DNA of 32,000 nucleotides, taken from Candidatus Saccharimonadota bacterium (GTDB lineage: Bacteria; Pseudomonadota; Gammaproteobacteria; Enterobacterales; Enterobacteriaceae). A program made the translations under genes and the position numbers. The stretch covers positions 210,001-242,000 of the forward strand of contig CP188087.1 of NCBI GenBank assembly GCA_049942775.1, read 5' to 3'. A model generated the notes under the pieces. That model was not told the DNA's origin. It saw only the letters and a list, made by a program, of their open reading frames with translations, and searched no databases. Below are positions 18,857 to 29,275 of this stretch, piece by piece. How positions within the stretch are numbered: position 1 is the stretch's first letter; each line of letters starts with the position of its first letter.

Positions 18857-20593
18857 TTAAATATAGTTAACTGTACTTATTCCTAATAAGTATAGTCCTT
18901 TTTTTAGAACTTTAGACGTTAAAGATGATATCCTCAATCTACTAATTTTTATTTTTTCATTTTTTTCAAGTAAAATGTTGTAGTTTTCATAAAAATTTGA
19001 ATATGTTACTGATAATTCATATAAATATGAACATATTACATGAGGATATCCGTTTATGATTGATTTTTTTAATGTTTCTTCAAATTGTAAAATTTTTAAA
19101 CTTAATTGAATTTCTATTCTTTTTTCTAGACAGAAATATTTTTTTTGTTTTAAATTTTGTATTTCTATTTTAGATTTTTTAATGAGAGATAAAATTCTTA
19201 CATAAGTATATTGTATGTATAGAGAAGTATTTCCTTTCAAGTTAAGTATAGAATTCCAATCAAATACATAATTAGTAGATCTATTTTTAGATAAATCAAA
19301 ATATTTTATTGCTCCAATTCCAATTTTTTTTGAAATTACATTCAATTCATAATCTGGTAATTTGGGGTTTTTTCTAGAAATTAAAATTTTTGATTTTTTT
19401 ATAGCTTTATTTAATAAATCCATTAATTTAATAGTATTACCACTACGAGTTTTAAAAGGGGTATTGTTTTTAGTAAGCACCATACCAAACATGTAGTGTT
19501 TTATTTCTATCTTTTTTGATATATAATTAGCCTTTTCAGCAATTAATTGTACTTGTTCCAAGTGTCGTTTTTGTCTACTATCAGTAAAATAAATTATTTT
19601 ATTTGCTTTTAATATTTCTGCTCTGTGTTTTATGCATGCAATATCTATTGTGCTATATAAAAATGCTCCATCTGATTTTTGGATAATAACTCCCATTGGT
19701 TTTGAAAATTTATTTTTAAATTCATCTAGAAATACAATTACAGCATTATTTTTTTTTTTTGCTATTTTTTTTTTAATTAGATCTTTTATAATTTTTGGTA
19801 ACATATTTCTATATGAGCTTTCTGCCATAATATTTTGATTTCTTAATGTTATTTTCATTTTTTTGTATATTTTTTCATTTTTTATATTTGTCATATGAAC
19901 TATTTTTTTCCAAATTGAATATATATCTTTATCTTTCTTTTGTAGTTTTAAAATATTTTTTCTAGATAATTGGGAGAAACTTTCATCTGATTGATATTTT
20001 TTTTTTGCCGTTTTATAAAAATCCTCCATTTCTTTTAGTTTTACTTTATTAATTTTTATTTTGTTTAGTTTTAAATAGGTTATTAAAATTCCAAATTGTG
20101 TTCCCCAATCTCCAATATGATTTGCTCTTATTACTTTATGACCAAGGAATTCATATATTCTTACTACAGAATCTCCAATTACTGTAGATCTAAGATGTCC
20201 AACGTGCATTTCTTTTGCGATGTTAGGAGATGAATAGTCAATAACTATTTTTTTAGGATTTTTGGTTTTTTTAATTTTAAATCTTGAACAAAATTGTATT
20301 TTTTCTATTTTTTTTTCAATCCATTTTTTTTTTAAAGTTAAATTTATAAATCCTGGTTTTAAGATTTCTATTTTTTGACATTCTTGCTTTAAATCAACAC
20401 ATAAAACAACTTTTTTTGCTAAAATCATAGGATTTGTTTTTAGTTGTGTAGCTATTTTCATAATTCCATTAATTTGATAGTCTACGTTTAATATTTTTGT
20501 AGATTTAATTAAGACAGGATCACAATTTTTAGAAGCTCCACATTGTATTAGTGATTTTTTAATTTTTTTAGATAAATCAGAAATTATGTTCAT
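18857..20593 (-). CDS. argS: arginyl-tRNA synthetase
   Basis: 578-aa ORF (E. coli 577 aa) with the class I HIGH-type motif SSPNIAKEMHVGHLRST, plus GDWGTQFG and a conserved C-terminal anticodon-binding region. It carries in-frame T12 and T10 runs (19749-19760, 19765-19774). Confidence 0.94.
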   Translation of the reverse strand: MNIISDLSKKIKKSLIQCGASKNCDPVLIKSTKILNVDYQINGIMKIATQLKTNPMILAKKVVLCVDLKQECQKIEILKPGFINLTLKKKWIEKKIEKIQFCSRFKIKKTKNPKKIVIDYSSPNIAKEMHVGHLRSTVIGDSVVRIYEFLGHKVIRANHIGDWGTQFGILITYLKLNKIKINKVKLKEMEDFYKTAKKKYQSDESFSQLSRKNILKLQKKDKDIYSIWKKIVHMTNIKNEKIYKKMKITLRNQNIMAESSYRNMLPKIIKDLIKKKIAKKKNNAVIVFLDEFKNKFSKPMGVIIQKSDGAFLYSTIDIACIKHRAEILKANKIIYFTDSRQKRHLEQVQLIAEKANYISKKIEIKHYMFGMVLTKNNTPFKTRSGNTIKLMDLLNKAIKKSKILISRKNPKLPDYELNVISKKIGIGAIKYFDLSKNRSTNYVFDWNSILNLKGNTSLYIQYTYVRILSLIKKSKIEIQNLKQKKYFCLEKRIEIQLSLKILQFEETLKKSIINGYPHVICSYLYELSVTYSNFYENYNILLEKNEKIKISRLRISSLTSKVLKKGLYLLGISTVNYI

Positions 20594-20705
20594 TTTTTTA
20601 AATAAGAAATTTGAATATTTATAATAGAATTTTTTAATTTGTTATTGAATTATAAGTATTTTTTCGAATAAGTAAAAGATAAATCAAATAAAATAAATAA
20701 ATTTA

Positions 20706-20733
20706 TTGACTTTAAATAATAAATCTGTATTAT
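20706..20733 (+). promoter_or_regulatory. candidate sigma-70 promoter of the rrs operon
   Basis: TTGACT (20706-20711), a 16-nt spacer, then TATTAT (20728-20733), preceded by an A/T-rich UP-like stretch. It lies about 120 nt upstream of the mature 16S 5' end. -10-like hexamers are common here, but TTGAC is not. Confidence 0.5.
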
Positions 20734-20753
20734 TAGAGATGTTTTATTGTATA

Positions 20754-20766
20754 CGTTCTTTAAAAA
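20754..20766 (+). promoter_or_regulatory. boxA-like antitermination element in the rrs leader
   Basis: cgttctttaaaaa matches 10 of 13 positions of the E. coli rrn boxA tgctctttaacaa. It lies between the candidate promoter and the processing stem, as in E. coli rrn leaders. Confidence 0.4.
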
Positions 20767-20767
20767 T

Positions 20768-20802
20768 ATCAGAAAATCTATGTGAGCACTTGAGATTTAG
20801 TG
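20768..20802 (+). promoter_or_regulatory. 5' arm of the 16S precursor processing stem (RNase III-type)
   Basis: atcagaaaatctatgtgagcactt (20768-20791) is complementary to 22452-22475 at 22 of 24 positions. Weaker pairing continues to 20802 against 22435-22451. Confidence 0.7.
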
Positions 20803-20853
20803 TTTTTTTATTTATTCATTAATAATCTTATTTGTTTAAGAAAAAAGTTTTTA

Positions 20854-22425
<1,572 letters not shown>

Positions 22426-22434
22426 CAAGAAAAA

Positions 22435-22475
22435 CACTTTAAATATTTCAAAAGTGCTCACATAAATTATCTGAT
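22435..22475 (+). promoter_or_regulatory. 3' arm of the 16S precursor processing stem
   Basis: aagtgctcacataaattatctgat (22452-22475) is the reverse complement of the leader segment 20768-20791 with 2 mismatches. Confidence 0.7.
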
Positions 22476-22507
22476 AAAAACGACAAACTTCTATTTACAA
22501 AAAAAGA

Positions 22508-22584
<77 letters not shown>

Positions 22585-22596
22585 TAAAAATAACTG

Positions 22597-22670
22597 GGGG
22601 CTATAGCTCAGTTTGGTAGAGCGCCTGCCTTGCACGCAGGAGGTCAGCGGTTCGACCCCGCTTAGCTCCA
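22597..22670 (+). tRNA. alaT: tRNA-Ala (anticodon TGC), no encoded CCA
   Basis: ggggctatagctcag...cttgcac...ggttcgacc...tagctcca. The G3:U70 identity pair is preserved. Discriminator A (22670) is followed by aaa, not cca. Confidence 0.95.
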
Positions 22671-22681
22671 AAATAAATTCA

Positions 22682-23419
22682 TTAAAAACAAATAAACCTA
22701 TCCTTTTTTTTTCTTAATTCAACAAAGTTTTTGAAAAACTTTCTACTTCTAGAAAGTTGAAGAAATGGATTTATTTTTTTTTCTTGTAATAAATTACTTA
22801 TTAAGGTAACATTTTTTTTTTTTAAAAATTTAATTAAATTAAAATATTTTGTTATTTCTTTTTCATTCGGAAAATTAATATTAAGGAATTTTAAATTACA
22901 AAATGTATATTCATGTGAATAACATAAAATTGTTTCATCTGGCAAATTTGATATTTTTTTTATAGATTTAAACATAGAAATATAATTTTTTTTATAAATT
23001 CTTCCACAACCTCCTGAAAATATTGTATCTCCGCAAAATAAATAATTATCAAAATAATAAGAAACATGACCATTAGTATGTCCTGGAGTTGATAGGACAT
23101 GAAATTTTTGTTTTAACAAAAATATAACTTCTTCTCCATAAACAATATGTTTAACTCCGTGAGTTTCAGTTTCTTTTGGTCCAAAAATCTCTATTGTTGG
23201 AAAAATTTTTATTATTTTTTCTATTCCCATAATATGGTCTAAATGATTATGAGTAATTAAAACATATTTAGGGATTAAATTTAACTTGTATATTATATTA
23301 ATAACTGGAGTATGATCTCCTGGATCGATTATAATACATTGATTATTAAATGAATTAATTAATATCCATACATAATTATCAACTAAAATAGGAACTGATA
23401 CTAAATTTATTTTTTTCAT
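22682..23419 (-). CDS. gloB: hydroxyacylglutathione hydrolase (glyoxalase II)
   Basis: 245-aa ORF with the metallo-beta-lactamase motif THNHLDH (HxHxDH). TPGHTNGH, CGDTIFSGGCGR and HEYT are collinear with E. coli GloB. It contains an in-frame T12 run (22812-22823). Confidence 0.93.
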   Translation of the reverse strand: MKKINLVSVPILVDNYVWILINSFNNQCIIIDPGDHTPVINIIYKLNLIPKYVLITHNHLDHIMGIEKIIKIFPTIEIFGPKETETHGVKHIVYGEEVIFLLKQKFHVLSTPGHTNGHVSYYFDNYLFCGDTIFSGGCGRIYKKNYISMFKSIKKISNLPDETILCYSHEYTFCNLKFLNINFPNEKEITKYFNLIKFLKKKNVTLISNLLQEKKINPFLQLSRSRKFFKNFVELRKKKDRFICF

Positions 23420-23427
23420 TTTTTATA

Positions 23428-23927
23428 TTAGTTTATTTTTTTTATATTTTTTAATATATAACCATAGTCTATAAAAGTAGGATTTTTAGCTGCTTTTTTT
23501 GCTAATAGATGACATTTTTCGTTATTGCTATTTCCAGAATGTCCTTTTACCCAATTCCATTTTATATTATGTTTTTTTATTATATTATTTAACCGAATCC
23601 ATAAATCTATATTTTTTATTTCTTTATTTTTATTATTTTTCCAGTTTTTTTTTTCCAATTATGTATCCAAGTTGATATACCTTGTTGAACATATTTACTA
23701 TCTGTTGTTAATTCAACTAAACAAGATTCCTTAAGAATATTTATAGAAAATATAATAGCCATTAATTCCATTCTATTATTTGTAGTTAAATAAAATCCAG
23801 ATTTAATTACTTTTTCTTTATTTTTATATTTCAATAAAGCACTGTATCCACCTGGTCCTGGATTTCCTAAACAGGATCCGTCAGTAAATATAACAATTTT
23901 TTTTTTTAAATTTTTAATAAAAGACAT
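23428..23927 (-). pseudogene. rnhA: ribonuclease HI, interrupted by a frameshift in a homopolymer (two ORFs: 23616-23927 and 23428-23658)
   Basis: The N-terminal ORF matches E. coli RNase HI residues ~1-87 ([37 protein letters not shown]). The C-terminal ORF matches the rest (NIDLW, IKWNWVKGHSG). The frames join at a 10-nt run (T10 on + strand, 23645-23654); 11 A would restore a protein collinear with E. coli. Confidence 0.85.
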
Positions 23928-23967
23928 TTATTTTTTTATTTATTGTTAATAATAACGTTTATTATAT

Positions 23968-24705
23968 ATGAAAACAGATAAAAAAAGAAAATTAATATTA
24001 GATATTGAAACTACTGGAATGAACGTTAATGGAAAACCTTATCTTAATCACAAGATTATTGAGATAGGTATAGTAGAAATGATTAATCGTAAATTAACTG
24101 AAAATAATTTTCATTATTATTTACAACCATATAGAAAAATTGATGATTCTGCTTTTCGTATACATGGAATTTCTGATCATTTTTTATTAGATAAACCAAC
24201 TTTTCGAGACATTTCAAAAAAATTATTTAATTATATAAGAAATTCTGAACTTATTATACATAACGCAAATTTTGATATTGGATTTATTAATTATGAATTT
24301 AAACTACTAAATTCTAGTTTTCCAAAAATAGAAAATTATTGTAAAGTCATCGATACGCTTGATTTAGCAAGAAAATTATTTCCTGGAAAAAAAAATAATT
24401 TAGATGCATTATGCGCAAGATATAAAATATTTGCAAATAGGAAAAAGCATAGCGCAATTTTAGATGCTAAAATTTTATCAAAACTTTATTTGTGTATGAC
24501 TTTTAAACAATATTCAATAGATTTTTCTAAAGTAAAAAAAAATAAAAACATTAAATTAAAGAATAAAATTCCTTTTAAAAGAAGATCTTTAGTTGTTTTA
24601 TTTGCAAACAATTTAGAATTAAAAAAACATATTTTTTATTTAAAAAATATGAAAAAAAATTTTGGAAAGTGTCTATGGAACGAATTAAATTTTATAAAAA
24701 AATAA
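23968..24705 (+). CDS. dnaQ: DNA polymerase III epsilon subunit (3'-5' proofreading exonuclease)
   Basis: 245-aa ORF with Exo I LDIETTG, Exo II HNANFDIGF and Exo III HSAILDAKIL. It is divergent from rnhA as in E. coli. Confidence 0.94.
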   Translation: MKTDKKRKLILDIETTGMNVNGKPYLNHKIIEIGIVEMINRKLTENNFHYYLQPYRKIDDSAFRIHGISDHFLLDKPTFRDISKKLFNYIRNSELIIHNANFDIGFINYEFKLLNSSFPKIENYCKVIDTLDLARKLFPGKKNNLDALCARYKIFANRKKHSAILDAKILSKLYLCMTFKQYSIDFSKVKKNKNIKLKNKIPFKRRSLVVLFANNLELKKHIFYLKNMKKNFGKCLWNELNFIKK

Positions 24706-24782
24706 TAGAATTTGACTTAACTGAAAAAAGAATGTAAGATTTATTTTTTAGCAATTTTTTTTATATAATCATTGTTTTATAT

Positions 24783-24856
24783 GGTGCGGTAGTTCAGATG
24801 GTTAGAATACCGGCCTGTCACGCCGGGGGTCACGGGTTCGAAACCCGTCCGCACCG
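24783..24856 (+). tRNA. aspV: tRNA-Asp (anticodon GTC), no encoded CCA
   Basis: ggtgcggtagttcagatggttagaata..cctgtcac..gggttcgaaacccgtccgcaccg resembles E. coli tRNA-Asp. Discriminator G (24856) is followed by aat. It lies downstream of dnaQ like E. coli aspV. Confidence 0.95.
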
Positions 24857-24974
24857 AATAAAATAAAGAATAGTTTTAAAAATCATTTTAATTTTTTTTA
24901 AATTTTGAGATTTTTTATTAGATTTTTATATAAAAAAAATATTTAAAATTTTAACATTTTTATATAGAACAAAA

Positions 24975-25436
24975 ATGATAGAAAGACATATTGTCACTTG
25001 GGATATGCTTCAAATATATACTAAGAATTTAGCAAAAAAACTATTTCCAATATGTCAATGGAAAGGAATAATAGCTGTTAGTAGAGGTGGTTTAGTTCCT
25101 GCTGCAATTTTATCTAGAGAATTAGGTATACGATGTGTAGATACAGTCTGTATTTCTAGTTATGACGAAGAAAATAGTTTAAGAAATATAAAAATAATAA
25201 AAAAAGCTTTAGGAACTGGAAATAAGATGATTGTAGTTGATGACTTAGTTGATACTGGTAGAACAGCTAAAAAAATTAAATTTTTATATCCAGATTCTTT
25301 TTTTGTAACTGTTTTTGCAAAACCTTCGTCTAAAATTTTAGTTGATGATTATGTTATTGATGTTCCTCAAAACATATGGATTGAGTTACCCTGGGATATG
25401 TCCATTTCTTATAAAAGTCCAATAAATAAAAATTAA
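24975..25436 (+). CDS. gpt: xanthine-guanine phosphoribosyltransferase
   Basis: 153-aa [46 protein letters not shown] and VVDDLVDTG (PRPP loop) are nearly identical to E. coli Gpt (152 aa). Confidence 0.95.
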   Translation: MIERHIVTWDMLQIYTKNLAKKLFPICQWKGIIAVSRGGLVPAAILSRELGIRCVDTVCISSYDEENSLRNIKIIKKALGTGNKMIVVDDLVDTGRTAKKIKFLYPDSFFVTVFAKPSSKILVDDYVIDVPQNIWIELPWDMSISYKSPINKN

Positions 25437-25486
25437 AAATTAAAAATTATAAATCTTTATAAAAAAAAGATATAGGTGTAAAAAAA

Positions 25487-26008
25487 ATGACATTAGATGA
25501 AAAAAAAATACAAGATGATTCTATATCATTTGAAAAAAAGTTAGAAGAAAAAAAACTAACAGAAAAATATCTTTTTTTAAAAGATAGTGTGTTAAAAAAT
25601 AAAAAAAAATCAGAAAAAGAGATAGAACAAATAAAAAAAATAACAGAAAAAGAAATTGAAAATTCATATAACAGTTCTTTTGATGAAATAATTAAACCAA
25701 TTTTAATTTCTATAGATAATTTAGAAAGAGCTTTAGTTTTATCTGAAGAAAATAAAGATAATTTAGTTATTTTGAGTGTAACAGATATTTTAAAAAAATT
25801 TAAAAAATTTTTATTTCAGTTTAATATTATAACTATTGATCCTAAAAATGAAAAATTTAATCCAGATCAACATCAAGCAATAGCTATTGTTCAATCTAAA
25901 AAAATTAAAAGTAATTATATTTCTGAAGTTATTCAAAAAGGATACAAGATAAATAATCGTTTGTTAAGACCTGCTATGGTTACTGTTTCAAGCAATTCTA
26001 ATAATTAA
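25487..26008 (+). CDS. grpE: nucleotide exchange factor GrpE
   Basis: 173-aa ORF with a Lys/Glu-rich coiled N-terminal half. The C-terminal FNPDQHQAI, GYKINNRLLRPAMV and DNLERAL are typical of GrpE. It is shorter than E. coli GrpE (197 aa) at the N-terminus. Confidence 0.88.
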   Translation: MTLDEKKIQDDSISFEKKLEEKKLTEKYLFLKDSVLKNKKKSEKEIEQIKKITEKEIENSYNSSFDEIIKPILISIDNLERALVLSEENKDNLVILSVTDILKKFKKFLFQFNIITIDPKNEKFNPDQHQAIAIVQSKKIKSNYISEVIQKGYKINNRLLRPAMVTVSSNSNN

Positions 26009-26189
26009 AAAAAAATTTTTAAAAAATTGCTTGTTTATTCCCGTAAATAAAAAAATACTTTTTAAGTAATTTTGTAATTTTAAAAAATAAATATTTATTT
26101 AATTTATTTCAATCTTTATGAATTAAAATATAAAAATAATTTTTTTATTTATTGATAACATCTTATAAAAATTCATTTGCCATTTGAAC

Positions 26190-26675
26190 ATGAAAAATAA
26201 ATTAAGAAACAGAGAAAATGTACTTGTAAAAAATAAAAAATTATTTCATAATTTTTTTATAAAAAAAACTATTCAAGCAGGAATAGTTTTAAAAGGTTGG
26301 GAAGTAAAAAACATAAGATCTAAACAAGCAGATTTAGTTGGTTCATATATAAAAATCAGTTATAGAGAAGCTTTTTTGTGTAATTTCTTTTTAAATAACA
26401 AAAATTGTAATTTCAATAATATTGAAAATAATCAAGATAAGTCTTTTTTAAATAAAAAATTATTATTAAAAAAATATGAAATTTTAAATTTAAAAAACAT
26501 ATTGAAAAAAAACGGATATACTATAGTTCCAATTGAATTTTATTTAAAGAATCAATGGATTAAATTAAAAATAGGAATAGCTATAGGAAAGAAAAAACAT
26601 GACAAACGAAGTTCAGAAAAAAAAAGGAACTGGATGATCGAAAAAAATAGACTAACGAAAAGATATAACAATTAA
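26190..26675 (+). CDS. smpB: SsrA(tmRNA)-binding protein SmpB
   Basis: AGIVLKGWEVKNIR, GYTIVP and KIGIAIGKKKHDKR match SmpB, with a basic C-terminal tail. The ORF track opens at TTG 26184; ATG 26190 is the more likely start. Confidence 0.9.
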   Translation: MKNKLRNRENVLVKNKKLFHNFFIKKTIQAGIVLKGWEVKNIRSKQADLVGSYIKISYREAFLCNFFLNNKNCNFNNIENNQDKSFLNKKLLLKKYEILNLKNILKKNGYTIVPIEFYLKNQWIKLKIGIAIGKKKHDKRSSEKKRNWMIEKNRLTKRYNN

Positions 26676-26703
26676 AAGAAATCGTTACTGTTTAGTAAAA
26701 ATC

Positions 26704-27177
26704 ATGACAGAAAAAACAAAAAATCATGAATATTGGATGAGGCATGCTATTAATTTAGCAAAATTTTCTGAAAAGATTGGAGAAGTTCCTATAGGTTCGG
26801 TATTAATCTTAAACAATAAAATAATTGGAGAGGGTTTTAACTCTTCTATTTCGTATCATGATCCTACTGCCCATGCTGAAATAATTTCTTTAAGAAAAGG
26901 TGCAAAAAAAATAAAAAATTACAGAATTTTAAATTCAATTCTATATGTTACATTAGAACCTTGTTTAATGTGTTTTGGTGCCATCCTTCATAGCAGAATA
27001 AAAACTTTAGTATATGGTACTAAAAGTTATAAAAGAAATGTTAAAGAGACAAATTATTTATCTTTTTTATCTGAATTTTATAAATTAAACTTAATTTCTG
27101 GTATTCTAGAATTAGAATGTTCTAATTTAATAAAAAATTTCTTTATTTTAAAAAGAAAAAAAAAAAAAATTTTATAA
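26704..27177 (+). CDS. tadA: tRNA-specific adenosine deaminase TadA (YfhC)
   Basis: 157-aa ORF with the CDA-fold zinc motifs HAE (TAHAEI) and PCxxC (EPCLMCFGA), plus EVPIGSVL. The 3' end contains an in-frame A14 run (27156-27169). Confidence 0.9.
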   Translation: MTEKTKNHEYWMRHAINLAKFSEKIGEVPIGSVLILNNKIIGEGFNSSISYHDPTAHAEIISLRKGAKKIKNYRILNSILYVTLEPCLMCFGAILHSRIKTLVYGTKSYKRNVKETNYLSFLSEFYKLNLISGILELECSNLIKNFFILKRKKKKIL

Positions 27178-27186
27178 AAAAAAATA

Positions 27187-27567
27187 TTATTTTTCAATTA
27201 TGGTCATTGCTATAACATATTTTTTTTCATCAGTTAAACTAACATAAATTGATTTTAGTTTTAATTTGTTAAATAATTGTAATGGTCTACCTGTAATTGT
27301 TATCTTCGGTTTTCCTAAACGATTGTGATAAATTTCAAAATTTTTAAAAAAGAAATCTTTTTGTATTCCTATTCCAAAAGCTTTGGATATTGATTCTTTT
27401 ATTGTGAAACATTTAGATAAAAATAATTTTTTATTTTTTTTTTGATTGAATTCTATTAATTCATTTTTAGATAATATTTTTTTTGAAAATTTTTCTTGCT
27501 TTACTGAAGAAAATTTACAGATTCTGTTTTTTTCTAATAAATCTATTCCAATTCCAAATATACTCAT
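27187..27567 (-). CDS. acpS: holo-[acyl-carrier-protein] synthase
   Basis: 126-aa ORF, the same length as E. coli AcpS. It has the N-terminal GIGIDL motif, KESISKAFG and SLTDEKKY. Confidence 0.88.
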   Translation of the reverse strand: MSIFGIGIDLLEKNRICKFSSVKQEKFSKKILSKNELIEFNQKKNKKLFLSKCFTIKESISKAFGIGIQKDFFFKNFEIYHNRLGKPKITITGRPLQLFNKLKLKSIYVSLTDEKKYVIAMTIIEK

Positions 27568-27637
27568 ATTTAATCTAATTTACATTTTTTTAGCTATTTA
27601 TTATTAATAGTTAATGAAAAAATTAATATCTAATATA

Positions 27638-28489
27638 TCATATTTTTTTTTTTATTTTTACATGTAATTTTAAGTTTACATTTTTATTTAATCTTTTTTG
27701 TATTTCTTGTGACGAAATAGTTATTATTAATTTTATTTTTTCACCATTCTTACCTATTATTATTTTTTTTTGACCATTGTTATTAACAATAATCATTGCA
27801 ATTAAATAAATTTTATTTTTATTTCTTAAATTTAAAAATTCAATTTTCACATCAACTATTAATGGAATCTCATCTCCTACATATCTAATAATTTTTTCTC
27901 TAATTATTTCAGATAATTCGAATTTTAATGAAAAGATATGTGTTTGTTTCTTTTTAAATTGATGGTCTTTTGTAGGTAATAAATTTATTACTATGTTTTT
28001 TATTTTCTCACAATTTATTTTTTTTGTTGCAGAGATTGGCACAATTTCTATTGTGTTGTTTATTTTTTTTTTCAAAAAATTTATATAAGGTAAGATTATT
28101 GTTTTTTTTTTTATTAAATCAATTTTGTTTATTACAATAATAACCGGGATTTTATTTTTATTAATTATATTTGAAATATAGTTTTCATACTGTGTCCATT
28201 TACATCGATCTATAATAAAAATTATTACTTGAACTAATTTAATAGTTTTAATAATTAAATTATAATTAAAAAAAGATCTATTATTTTTTTGAAAACCAGG
28301 TGTATCTATGTAAATTGTTTGATATTTGTTTTCAGTATGAATTCCAAAGATATTACTTTTAGTTGTATTTTTTTTACGAGAAGTAATTGATATCTTTTTA
28401 TTCATTATTTTATTTAGTAAAGTTGATTTTCCAACATTAGTTCTTCCTAATAAAATAGCTTTTCCAAATTTATTTTTTTGTATGTTCAC
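27638..28489 (-). CDS. era: GTPase Era
   Basis: 283-aa ORF with G1 [10 protein letters not shown]3 DTPG, G4 NKID and a C-terminal KH-like region. The GTG start overlaps the rnc TGA stop (GTGA at 28486-28489), consistent with rnc-era coupling. Confidence 0.9.
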   Translation of the reverse strand: MNIQKNKFGKAILLGRTNVGKSTLLNKIMNKKISITSRKKNTTKSNIFGIHTENKYQTIYIDTPGFQKNNRSFFNYNLIIKTIKLVQVIIFIIDRCKWTQYENYISNIINKNKIPVIIVINKIDLIKKKTIILPYINFLKKKINNTIEIVPISATKKINCEKIKNIVINLLPTKDHQFKKKQTHIFSLKFELSEIIREKIIRYVGDEIPLIVDVKIEFLNLRNKNKIYLIAMIIVNNNGQKKIIIGKNGEKIKLIITISSQEIQKRLNKNVNLKLHVKIKKKI

Positions 28490-29166
28490 TGTATTCCTAA
28501 TTTTATTAAAGCATTATATGCTGCATTTTGTTCAGCTTTCCTTTTGCTAGAACCGATTCCAACAAGATGTTCGTTCATTCCAGTAATTGTACAATGTATT
28601 GTAAATTGTTGATTGTGAGCTTCTCCATATACTTTAACTATAATATAAGATGGAAGAGGTAAATGTTTCGATTGAAGATATTCTTGCAATCTTGTTTTTG
28701 GATCTTTTTGTTTATCTCCTGGACTAATTTTTCTTAAACGTTTTGAATACCATTTCAAAATTAGTGATTCTGTAGTTTTGATATTACTATCTAAGAAAAT
28801 GCTACCTATTATAGCTTCTATGGTATTTGCTAATATTGATTCCCTACATCCACCTCCACTTTTTATTTCTCCTTGACCTAATTGTAAATATTTTCCTAAA
28901 TTAAATTCATATGCAATTTTAGAAAGAGTATCTCCTCGAACTAAAGTTGCTCTCATTCTGCTCATATCTCCTTCAGTAACATATGGAAAATTATGATATA
29001 ATATATTAGAAATAACAAAACTAAGGATAGAATCTCCTAAAAATTCTAAACGTTCATTATGTTTTCCATTGGCGCTTCTATGAGTAAGCGCTTGTTTTAG
29101 TAATTTTTTTTGTATGAATTGATATCCTAAAATTTTTTCTAGTTTTTCTATTATAGAAGATTCCAT
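28486..29166 (-). CDS. rnc: ribonuclease III
   Basis: 226-aa ORF, the same length as E. coli RNase III. It carries the signature [10 protein letters not shown], plus EAIIGSIF and a C-terminal dsRBD ([10 protein letters not shown] ... [12 protein letters not shown]). Confidence 0.96.
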   Translation of the reverse strand: MESSIIEKLEKILGYQFIQKKLLKQALTHRSANGKHNERLEFLGDSILSFVISNILYHNFPYVTEGDMSRMRATLVRGDTLSKIAYEFNLGKYLQLGQGEIKSGGGCRESILANTIEAIIGSIFLDSNIKTTESLILKWYSKRLRKISPGDKQKDPKTRLQEYLQSKHLPLPSYIIVKVYGEAHNQQFTIHCTITGMNEHLVGIGSSKRKAEQNAAYNALIKLGIQ

Positions 29167-29275
29167 ATTATACCAATTTAGAAAAAAATAAAATTTTTTT
29201 TAAAACTATTAATAATTAAAAAATTCTCGAAAAGAAAAATATTTTTAAATAATTAAAAAATTTATTTTTTTAAAA

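Noticed and set aside
24712-24769. Candidate promoters for tRNA-Asp: TTGACT 24712-24717 with TAAGAT 24735-24740 at a 17-nt spacer, or TATAAT at 24764-24769.
   Set aside because: Two mutually exclusive candidates cannot be discriminated from sequence alone, and tRNA-Asp could equally be co-transcribed with dnaQ. Noted but not called as a feature.
25437-25486. Looked for a sigma-32 heat-shock promoter (CTTGAAA ... CCCCATNT) upstream of grpE.
   Set aside because: No convincing match in the 50-nt spacer. Only A/T-rich sequence is present, so I cannot support a promoter call.
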